Assembly (NCBI GenBank): GCA_027028545.1
Contig: JALVIT010000028.1
Location: forward strand, 1-42,213
Reading direction: 5' to 3'
Source: Desulfurococcales archaeon
GTDB lineage: Archaea > Thermoproteota > Thermoprotei_A > Sulfolobales > Desulfurococcaceae
Length of the DNA: 42,213 nt
Of this stretch, positions 19,843-28,592 are shown piece after piece (within the stretch, counting starts at the first letter, position 1; every line of letters starts with the position of its first letter). The position numbers and the translations under genes were made by a program. Under the pieces are notes generated by a model that was not told the DNA's origin, made no database searches, and saw nothing but the letters and a program-made list of their open reading frames with translations.

Positions 19843-21789
19843 CTAGTATACTAGGAGCCATAGGCTCTTCTGTATCAATCCTATAGCCACAGCTATAGCG
19901 ATCATCAATCCCTCTCCAAGCCCTAATCCCGCAGCTATTACAGCTATGTATTCCCTGAACCATTCCGGGCCCTTACGCCTCTCGAGTATCCTGGCGAATA
20001 TTCCTCCGATGAACATCGTCATGGTGTATGCTATCGGCTGGCTCATACCGATCGTGAACCCGATGAGCTCGAAGGGTATTGCGAAGACCTTAACAGCTGC
20101 AACAACTCCAACACCTATTATGAATGGCAGTAGTATACGGGTTGGCCAGTTTGAGAAGTTCTGTAGTAGTGCTGAAGCTATCCGGCTCTCACCAGTCTTC
20201 AATGCACCGCTACTCCATGCGGGCCATAGTAGAGCCCATAGTGCCGCTATACGCCAGAATATAGCTGTAGCTGGATATGTTGAGCTGGGCATTGGGGCTA
20301 TGCGCCAGAATAGATCCGCATAGATCATGCCCATCAAGTATGTTAATGGGAATGCTATGAAGTATGCTTTAAGATAATCGCTCTTCTTAGTCCCCGTCCA
20401 ATCACATGCTACATATACAGCTGTCCAACCACTAGCACCACCATAGACATATATCGGTGTGAACCATGCAGCCACACCGCGGTAGCCGCTGGCTAGTAGT
20501 GCACCCTCCTTAATATATGGTAAGCTTATACCAGTTGCAGCCTCACCAATAGCACGGGTGTTTGCTAGCTGGAATAGTGTTGAGAATCCAACTATTAATC
20601 CTAAGAATAATAGGAGGAATTGCGGTGTAGCCCATTCAGGCTCTACGAGGTATATGAGGTAGTATACGAATAGGCTTAAACCAGTAGCCGATAATAGATA
20701 GATCAACAATGCGAACCTAGTCAGAGACATACCCCAGAACGTTGGCTCCGGATGGGCTGGTTTCTCACCCCTCTTAAGCTTCGGAGGCTTAAACACCCTT
20801 ACAACACTTCTCCAGTTTAGAAACATGGGTGTCAAACCGGCTGCAAAGCTTAGACCGATCAGTGGTCCCACAAACAGCTGTAGCAGTCCATACTGGAATA
20901 TATCTCCAAGATTCATACCGGGCCTCCAGAGTGTGAACCAGCCGGTGTTTACAGCGTATGGTGCTAGTATTAGGTATGAGAATATACCACCTATGAATAT
21001 CGATACGTTAACCCTCCAAGGCATGATCATACCGACACTGATCAGTAGTAGGTCTAGGCTGAATCCAAGGGAACCGCCCTTCAAACCCATTGATTCGACA
21101 GCGCCAGTTACATCAGCCCATGGAACTGGTAGGAGCTGGACACCGAATATAAACCATACACCATATAGTAGGAAGCTGTATAGTAGGCTGAATATAGCAA
21201 TGTTAACTAAGAGCCTAGCCTTATCCTTCCAAATATGCTTCTCAGCCAATACAATGCTTGACTCAGCCCATACACGTGCACCTGGGAAGGGTAGTTTCTC
21301 CTCAACAGCATATATTCTATATAATACGTATGCGAGGCTTAGATCCATACCCTTAGTGAGTAGTGCTGAACCAATAGCTACTAGGAGTGGAGGTATGAAT
21401 ACAACCTGGAAGAGAGTTCTCGGGAGCTCTGGCACTGATGGTGCATACCAGAAGGGTATCTTACCATAGAGTCCGAAGCTTTTAGCATATTCGCTTGTAG
21501 CAATATACCATGCCAGTATAAGGTTTACACCGAATAGGCTCTCGGAGATCGTTGTGCCTACATTGCTGAACATTATGAATGCTTCCTGTCTAGTAAGTTT
21601 AGCACCCATAATCGTTGCTATGGTTGTGAATAGTAGTAGTGTTGTGTATTCAGCGGAGTTTATTATCTGCCATGGATTCAAACCAGCTACTAGGTTAAGC
21701 CATATAGCTGCAGGTTCGAAAACCAGTGCGCCGTAAAGTATGGCTAATATAACTCTCCACGTAAGACCGGAAACCTCTTTTTCACCCAA
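19843..21789 (-). CDS. OPT-superfamily-like polytopic membrane transporter
   Basis: 648 aa with many TM helices. OPT-like landmarks: N-terminal LTWRVILAILYGALV, EEKLPFPGARVWAES (cf. the OPT L-x-[FY]-P-S-G motif), SLDLLLISVGMIMPWRVNVSIFIGG, and C-terminal AAGLGLGEGLMIAI. Confidence 0.55.
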   Translation of the reverse strand: MGEKEVSGLTWRVILAILYGALVFEPAAIWLNLVAGLNPWQIINSAEYTTLLLFTTIATIMGAKLTRQEAFIMFSNVGTTISESLFGVNLILAWYIATSEYAKSFGLYGKIPFWYAPSVPELPRTLFQVVFIPPLLVAIGSALLTKGMDLSLAYVLYRIYAVEEKLPFPGARVWAESSIVLAEKHIWKDKARLLVNIAIFSLLYSFLLYGVWFIFGVQLLPVPWADVTGAVESMGLKGGSLGFSLDLLLISVGMIMPWRVNVSIFIGGIFSYLILAPYAVNTGWFTLWRPGMNLGDIFQYGLLQLFVGPLIGLSFAAGLTPMFLNWRSVVRVFKPPKLKRGEKPAHPEPTFWGMSLTRFALLIYLLSATGLSLFVYYLIYLVEPEWATPQFLLLFLGLIVGFSTLFQLANTRAIGEAATGISLPYIKEGALLASGYRGVAAWFTPIYVYGGASGWTAVYVACDWTGTKKSDYLKAYFIAFPLTYLMGMIYADLFWRIAPMPSSTYPATAIFWRIAALWALLWPAWSSGALKTGESRIASALLQNFSNWPTRILLPFIIGVGVVAAVKVFAIPFELIGFTIGMSQPIAYTMTMFIGGIFARILERRKGPEWFREYIAVIAAGLGLGEGLMIAIAVAIGLIQKSLWLLVY

Positions 21790-21910
21790 TGTTTAAACAC
21801 CCTCGAAAGCAGGCATGCTGAATATACTACGAGTATTTAACATACTAGATTTAATTTTATAGAGACTATAAAGATTTAGCCCTTCGAGGAAAAAATCTTA
21901 ATGATTTGTT

Positions 21911-23956
21911 CTAACCGGTTGATAGGATTATTGAGAGCCACATCGTTATGAAGCTTAGTATAGCCATGCCAGCCATGAAGGGCACTATGATCTTCTCATA
22001 ACTCTCTACTCCTAGAACCCTAATGATCAACGGCTTAATGATCAATGCTATAAGGTTCGGTATGAACATTAACACCCCGGTTACAGGCATGTCACCGATC
22101 AATATACCCAACGGATTGAAGGGTATTCCGGGTAGTAGTACGCGCACCCATACCAGTAGTGCTCCAAGAACTATACCGGATATGAACTGTGGTAGCCATA
22201 GCATTGGGTCATTACTCATATGTGTTATCTGGTTGTTATGTATCATGCTGTTAATCCATGCAGGCTCTAAGTTAGTGTCAGCACCACCGAGCCATTGGCC
22301 AAGACCCCATCCATAAGCGTATCCTCCCAATAGATTCGTCACGAAGCTTATGATCACGCCAAGTATTACAGCAATCAACCCCACTTCAACGATCCTCCTA
22401 ACCCTCAAACCACTAATCTTAGCCAGTCTAAAGCCCTCCATAATTGCTGGTCCAGGGGTTGTAGCTAATGTACGATCAGTTACTAGTGGGTAGAAGGATG
22501 CTGCAGCGGCGAAGGCTGCCTTACTATTCCATCCACCACTATAACGGTATGGTAGCCATGGTAGGACCAGCATTTCATGCCACCATGGACCATAGGTGTA
22601 GATCGCTGTTGTCCATGTCGATTCTGCACGGATCCTCATCCATGTAACGTATAGTAATAGTGTGACGACTACAACTAGTAGTGCTATGTGTGCTTCAACA
22701 CCGCTGATCGCTAATAGTATCCATGTGAAGACAAGCCCTCCCCATGCGAATATATGTCCCCATTTAACCTCTCTACTAGATAGGTTCTTCAAATGCCTCC
22801 ATACTAGTAGGAACCACATGATCGGGAACCCTATAGCTATTCCACGGGTGATCATGTGTGGCATTAACCCATACCAGTGTCCAACCGTGAAGTAGTTGGT
22901 GTGTGCATCCTGTGTCTCGGTTAATGGTAGTATTCCAGCCATAACTTCTATAGGCGGTAGCACTATATACATTAAAATATACCATATAACAGCTGTAACC
23001 AGTATATCTATGGGCATTAGGAAGGCTAATGCTATGAATAATGGAGATACAGTGATCATCAACGCTATATCGTTACCTATAGATGGTGATACATCGTAGC
23101 CTCCAAACTGGGATACTAGTAGCTGACCATACATCGGTGGTAGTGCTTCACCGGGTATAACACCTATAGATGCTAGCAGTGCTGGAAGCTCTATGACGAA
23201 TCCAACAATAGCACCTATTAGGAACATTATCTTGGCAATCCCCCTATGCTCCCATACACCGCGGAACCCTCCAATCCTCATAACCTCTACAGCCATCTGG
23301 GCATATGGGAATGGCAGCATCTCCTCCTCGATCCATGGCTTCCTTAGTAAGAGGGCGAACCCTATCTGTGAGAAGGCTAGTCCTAGGAATACGAGTATCC
23401 ATAATGCTAGTGATGGAGCCCATGCTCCAAGTATTGTCCAGTACCAGCCTCCTTGTGATAGTAGGAGGGAGTGAGCATCTGGATCAAATAGTGGTGCTAG
23501 AACATGTAATGACCTGCCAGCGATGGTTATATTGTGGTTTGGAACCCATAAACTGGGCATTAGTTTACCGTAGTCTGAAACATATGCTCCATCACCATAT
23601 GTCATGTATATGTAGTGGAATAGTAGGAAGTTTGTTGAGAAGGCGTAGCCTGCACTAGCACTTATAGCTAGGTATATCAGTATGGAGTCTCCAACCGTTA
23701 AAGCCTTGTCTAGCCCTACAAGTTTTAGTAGAGCCTTTAATCCAAGATGTATAACTGCTATTACTAGGAGGAATATTAACCCTGCCCATGCCCATACTAG
23801 CTCCATGAATGTATACGGGTATACTAGTCCATAGATCAGTGTTGTCACTATTGGTGATACTATAGCCATTATAACCGCTAATACTATGCCCCAAATCGTT
23901 ACACCGCTAGGAGACACACCCCATACCAGCTTCTTCATACCCTCACTCATACCCAT
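21911..23956 (-). CDS. polytopic membrane protein, divergent paralog of 19843..21789 (OPT-like)
   Basis: 681 aa. It shares EEEMLPFPYAQMAVEVM and the LMPIDILVTAVIWYIL segment with its neighbour at equivalent relative positions. Confidence 0.45.
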   Translation of the reverse strand: MGMSEGMKKLVWGVSPSGVTIWGIVLAVIMAIVSPIVTTLIYGLVYPYTFMELVWAWAGLIFLLVIAVIHLGLKALLKLVGLDKALTVGDSILIYLAISASAGYAFSTNFLLFHYIYMTYGDGAYVSDYGKLMPSLWVPNHNITIAGRSLHVLAPLFDPDAHSLLLSQGGWYWTILGAWAPSLALWILVFLGLAFSQIGFALLLRKPWIEEEMLPFPYAQMAVEVMRIGGFRGVWEHRGIAKIMFLIGAIVGFVIELPALLASIGVIPGEALPPMYGQLLVSQFGGYDVSPSIGNDIALMITVSPLFIALAFLMPIDILVTAVIWYILMYIVLPPIEVMAGILPLTETQDAHTNYFTVGHWYGLMPHMITRGIAIGFPIMWFLLVWRHLKNLSSREVKWGHIFAWGGLVFTWILLAISGVEAHIALLVVVVTLLLYVTWMRIRAESTWTTAIYTYGPWWHEMLVLPWLPYRYSGGWNSKAAFAAAASFYPLVTDRTLATTPGPAIMEGFRLAKISGLRVRRIVEVGLIAVILGVIISFVTNLLGGYAYGWGLGQWLGGADTNLEPAWINSMIHNNQITHMSNDPMLWLPQFISGIVLGALLVWVRVLLPGIPFNPLGILIGDMPVTGVLMFIPNLIALIIKPLIIRVLGVESYEKIIVPFMAGMAILSFITMWLSIILSTG

Positions 23957-24055
23957 CCACCGAGGAAACCATTTTTAATTAAACCAGTCAATACCCTACA
24001 TCATCTTATAGGGTGGAGGAGAAATATATTGTTTACGTAGCTGATTTAAATGCGA

Positions 24056-27000
24056 TCACTCCTCTGTTTTGAATAATTGTCTTCCCTCCTCGATATACTT
24101 CTTCTTATCATCCGGGGGTAGAGTCCTCCATAGTAGTAGCTGCTTCCTTAGAGCATCTATGAATGCCTTATTGGATTTAACCCAGATCTTCGGGTTTCCG
24201 CTCATCCTCTTCAAATATATAGTTATTTCCCATTCATCCGGTTTAACCTCTATAGACCTGATCGCGAACTCCTGTTTAACTCCTGCATGCCATGGCTTTA
24301 AGCGGACCTCACCGCCAAATACTATAACGTTCCTACCCTCCTCTGTTTTGCTTAGGGCTATCCCTGTTTTCTCTACAACGAAGCTTCCTATATCGGGGCT
24401 TGTAAACTCCTTTATATACTCATAGACATATGCTAGTGCTCCATATAACTCCCTCCTACTAGTTATCTTGAAGGGTAGTGGTATTATCCATTCATCACCC
24501 TTAGGCTTTGTGGGATACTCCCACTTCCTACGTAGACTTGGTAGTGCCATCTTACTAGCCTTTATTATCGGGTAGACCGTTGCAGATAATACAGCTATGA
24601 TCGTAGCTCCTATTGCGAATACAACGTATTTACTACTATAGTTCGGTCTGAATACTCCGGGTAGTATTGAAGCCATGAAGGCTGTAGATATAACACCTAT
24701 AACATATCCTATAACAGTTGCTACCAGAGCGTAGGCTAGTGCTTCGGCTATAAACATTAGACCGATCTGTGATGGTGATAGACCGAGTGCTGCATATATG
24801 AATATCTCCCTCCTACGCTCATAGATGCTTCCTAGGAGTACTCCAAGTATTGATACGCTAGCGATAACTATTGGTGCTAATACATAGTTGAAACCACTAC
24901 CTCCCAATGCGATCATTCTTGAATACTTCGATACACCATATGTCTTAGATGCTAGGTATGTGTCCACTGATGGTAGTGTGAATATTATCTTGGAGCCGAT
25001 CACGTATGGATCCTTCTCCGTAATTATAGATATCTGGGCTAGTATGAATGACAACCCCTTATCGAGCCATGGGTTTATCCTTACAAGTTTTGCCGGTAGT
25101 ATGAGTGTTCCAGATAGATCATGTGCTCTTGGGAAGTGTATTACTGGTGTTATCGTTGCTCCATCAGCTTCTATGATTAATGGTATCTTGTTAGTATCAT
25201 ATACTCCAATAACCCTGAGCTTTAATCCGCCGACAACTATTGTTGATCCAACATCTATCTTACCATTGGATGCTTCAACTATTCTAGATGGAACTATGAC
25301 CGTATATGTATCATTATCTGTGAACCATCTACCCCTAACGATTATACTAGATATATTTGTAACACGATCCTCTTCGGGCTCTAGAGCTGTTATAGAGTAT
25401 ACTATTGATTTAACACTTAGATCATCGTATAGATATAGGTTCAGTGTTGCAGACGACCAGTATCTAGCGACGGTTGTCCCCGAAAATACTTCTTTAACAG
25501 TTAATTCAGCGATAGAACCTATTGGTAGATTCCGGTCAATACTCTCCCTCTGGAGGAGGATCCCCTGCCCCCTAGAGGGTGTTACTCCGGGCATATATAC
25601 TGGTCTCGGAGCTATATATGATGTAACGCTTGTAAATATGACTATGCTTATAACGACAACTATTAGCGTTGTCAGTGTTAATGCTGTTCTAAGCCTCCTC
25701 TTCTTCATATATTCTACGCCATAGCTAAACGATATATAGCTGGCTACAAGCTTACTCCTCTCAGCCTTATGGACACCAACCTTCTTCCTCCTAATCTCCT
25801 TCAGTGCAGCGTTGAAGTCTCCTAGGAGCACTAGTAGGGCTGGTATAACCAGTATTATCATTATGAAGCCTACAATCGTCATTATAGCATTAGCCGTCAA
25901 CTTCATAGCTGGATGAATATAGAAGAATAATGCTGCAGGGACAACTGCTGCAGCAATGGTTTTACCTAGTAGTGAGAAGGGGCTTCCACCGGGCTTCTTA
26001 AAGTATAACCCCATGATGAATGCGAAGAATACTAGTAGTACCGAGAATAGTGTTGCTGTATTCTCAACATCTAGGAAGTCGCTCTTCATCAATTGGTAGG
26101 CGTTATATGCTATGGTTAAGCCCGTGATCGTGTAGGCTATGTACTTAGTATAATCCATACCTCGGAGGGCTTTGGTGGCGTTCTCCAATGCACTTCTACC
26201 CTGGACTAGGAATTCCTCAGTCGCCGGATCCCTTATCTTGTTCTCAGCTAGTCTAGCCAGCCTACGATCAACAATCCTTATCGTAGAGTTTAATGCATCG
26301 TATAGACTATAACTACCACCGGGCTCCACATTCTCAATAACATAGGCTACAGGTTCCGGTCCGAATACTAGGCTATACTTCATGTATTTATCAACATATA
26401 CTACCAGGAATCCATTTTCATCCAGTCCTATATAGTATGATGCAGGCATAGCCATCGTATCCATTCTAACAATCTTAAGACCTATCTTACCCCCCTCACG
26501 TGGTGTTTGATAGGTTAATGGATCTATAACCATGTTAACAGTTAGTGATCCATTAAACTCTATGGTCCAAATCTCCCATGGATGCTCCTTAGAACCTACT
26601 ACACCCTGTGATATAGCTATCGATCCACCCCTACTCGCTTCACCCATATCGTTTAACGCTAGAACACGTCCCTTCTCATCCATTATCACGGCTAGTATGT
26701 TTAGAGTTGTTGATTTAGATGTTGGTAATCCATCAACCTCGAAATATCCTTTATCATCAGTTATCTTATATATCCGGAGATTCCATGGACTGGTGGATAT
26801 TAATCTTGAACCAGCACTAATTATCACTAGAGCCCTTGGAAGACCCGCTTTATCGAGGCTGATCTGTTGTCCAAGCTGTGGTTTAAACACCATAACCTGA
26901 CCGATCAAGTCTGCAAACATTTCTCCACGATCACTCTTAGGTGTTCTAACGGGTGCTCCACCGGTCAGACCCATTTTTATCGCTTTACTCAACTGTCTAG

Positions 27001-28471
27001 AATTCATACTAAACACTATGTTTAGCATACTATCCAGGATCACGAACTGTGTCTTTAGGTTAGTTATATTAACGAATTCATACAGGTCTAATGGCGTTCC
27101 ACGATAACCCTTATCAGCCATAGATGTCTTCAATGTAAATGCAGGAAGCCCCGAGAACCAGAAGGGTTCCGACTCGAGCCAGTAGGGTCCTGGGAATAAG
27201 GTCCACCAGCTGTCAAGTGTTGTCGTATAGAACATGATCCTCCTCATAGATGTAACGATATTATCTGGAACCCTACCGCTTAAAGCCTTACCAACATTAT
27301 CCGGTGTATATATTTGTGATATGAAGCTACTGAAAACATTTAATGGTCCACGCGTTATTGCTCCAGCCTGGGCTGAGTAGAAGTATCCTATACTTACCGG
27401 TGCTATATAGATCGAGTTATAGTTTAGATCTATCCCGATATACAAAGTCTTATCCGGTTCAAGCGCTATGCTCATATTGCCAAACTTTATGGGTTGTTTA
27501 TCGAATATATACTTCTCTACAAAGAATCTATGACCCTCCAAACCCTCATAATATCCGGATAGGAATAGCATCAATACATCGTACTCCGGCGTATTATTCG
27601 TGAAATACCTAGCTAGTTCTAATAGATAGCTGGGAGCTATAGAATCCATAGCACCCGGTGCATATCCCACTACGGGGCTCCATGAATCGTAATGAGCTAT
27701 TAGTACTATCTTGTATTCACGGCTTCTACCGGGTATGTATGCGTATATATTTGTTGTATTAACCTCTCTCCATATCGAGTGGATACTCACACTTATCAAT
27801 GCATCATTTAGATCATCAAGGCTCAAACCCTTCTCAGCTAGATCCCTCGTGGATACATATCCTATCGGTAGATTGACCGGTACGTCTAGGTATTTATTAT
27901 ACATTAAACTATTCACAGCCCCTCTATCATCGTAGAATATTATGGCTTTAACACCTAGATGGGGATCTAACAGTATCTCCCACTTGTAGTCGATACTTAG
28001 TGGTAGGAATAGGATCCTACCGTTGAGATCAACTCCATTAATATCCCTTAAACTATGGATAACCAGCCCCCTACCCTCAGCTTCGAAGTTAACGGGAACA
28101 CCACCACTGGGCCATATGGGGTATGCTTTAACCTCTCTGCCATTAACATACATAACGCTATCCTTATCGAATGGTACTGCTATTGGATAGTTCTCTTCAG
28201 TGACTTGTACACCGTAGTTCTTTAATGTTCTATAAATATATCTAGCCGCAGCGATCGATCCATCGTGCCCGGACAGTTTATCCTTCATTGATGATAGCGT
28301 TTTTATATAGTTTATAATATTTGTATTATTTACAAATAGATCTGTTAACATGTATTTATGAACATAATGGTTATCAGATGCAACTGATACATTTACTGAT
28401 AAGGATAGAGTGAGAATTATTAATACTAATAGCAATAATGCCAAAACCCTACCAAATACACGTTTAACCAT
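24056..28471 (-). CDS. giant envelope protein: M28/PA peptidase-like ectodomain fused to a MacB/FtsX-type permease module
   Basis: 1471 aa. Signal/anchor at aa 8-30. M28 motifs IAHYDSW, APGAMDS, IGIDLN (aa about 255-350). TM helices at aa about 806-884. The FtsX unit spans aa about 926-1305 (KKRRLRTALTLTTLIVVV..., ERRREIFIYAALGLSPSQIGLMFIAEAL). The cytoplasmic tail (aa 1306-1471) has no Walker motifs. Confidence 0.75.
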   Translation of the reverse strand: MVKRVFGRVLALLLLVLIILTLSLSVNVSVASDNHYVHKYMLTDLFVNNTNIINYIKTLSSMKDKLSGHDGSIAAARYIYRTLKNYGVQVTEENYPIAVPFDKDSVMYVNGREVKAYPIWPSGGVPVNFEAEGRGLVIHSLRDINGVDLNGRILFLPLSIDYKWEILLDPHLGVKAIIFYDDRGAVNSLMYNKYLDVPVNLPIGYVSTRDLAEKGLSLDDLNDALISVSIHSIWREVNTTNIYAYIPGRSREYKIVLIAHYDSWSPVVGYAPGAMDSIAPSYLLELARYFTNNTPEYDVLMLFLSGYYEGLEGHRFFVEKYIFDKQPIKFGNMSIALEPDKTLYIGIDLNYNSIYIAPVSIGYFYSAQAGAITRGPLNVFSSFISQIYTPDNVGKALSGRVPDNIVTSMRRIMFYTTTLDSWWTLFPGPYWLESEPFWFSGLPAFTLKTSMADKGYRGTPLDLYEFVNITNLKTQFVILDSMLNIVFSMNSRQLSKAIKMGLTGGAPVRTPKSDRGEMFADLIGQVMVFKPQLGQQISLDKAGLPRALVIISAGSRLISTSPWNLRIYKITDDKGYFEVDGLPTSKSTTLNILAVIMDEKGRVLALNDMGEASRGGSIAISQGVVGSKEHPWEIWTIEFNGSLTVNMVIDPLTYQTPREGGKIGLKIVRMDTMAMPASYYIGLDENGFLVVYVDKYMKYSLVFGPEPVAYVIENVEPGGSYSLYDALNSTIRIVDRRLARLAENKIRDPATEEFLVQGRSALENATKALRGMDYTKYIAYTITGLTIAYNAYQLMKSDFLDVENTATLFSVLLVFFAFIMGLYFKKPGGSPFSLLGKTIAAAVVPAALFFYIHPAMKLTANAIMTIVGFIMIILVIPALLVLLGDFNAALKEIRRKKVGVHKAERSKLVASYISFSYGVEYMKKRRLRTALTLTTLIVVVISIVIFTSVTSYIAPRPVYMPGVTPSRGQGILLQRESIDRNLPIGSIAELTVKEVFSGTTVARYWSSATLNLYLYDDLSVKSIVYSITALEPEEDRVTNISSIIVRGRWFTDNDTYTVIVPSRIVEASNGKIDVGSTIVVGGLKLRVIGVYDTNKIPLIIEADGATITPVIHFPRAHDLSGTLILPAKLVRINPWLDKGLSFILAQISIITEKDPYVIGSKIIFTLPSVDTYLASKTYGVSKYSRMIALGGSGFNYVLAPIVIASVSILGVLLGSIYERRREIFIYAALGLSPSQIGLMFIAEALAYALVATVIGYVIGVISTAFMASILPGVFRPNYSSKYVVFAIGATIIAVLSATVYPIIKASKMALPSLRRKWEYPTKPKGDEWIIPLPFKITSRRELYGALAYVYEYIKEFTSPDIGSFVVEKTGIALSKTEEGRNVIVFGGEVRLKPWHAGVKQEFAIRSIEVKPDEWEITIYLKRMSGNPKIWVKSNKAFIDALRKQLLLWRTLPPDDKKKYIEEGRQLFKTEE

Positions 28472-28592
28472 TTATTATCGCCCTATGATAATTCTCCGAG
28501 ATTCACTTAAATGCTAAGTATCCCTTAAAAAATAATTTCAAAAGATTATATGTGTAAAAAATCCTAGTTGGTATATTCTACTTTTCTCTCTA

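Noticed and set aside
20825-21469. 214-aa + strand ORF, plus other antisense ORFs in 19946..23658
   Set aside because: They are antisense to long polytopic membrane protein genes and have Ser/Pro/Thr-rich shadow composition.
24888-25724. 278-aa + strand ORF inside the 1471-aa gene, plus the smaller ones at 24069, 26532, 27343 and 27711
   Set aside because: They are antisense to a continuous 4.4-kb ORF with recognisable M28 and FtsX motifs. I see no motifs of their own.
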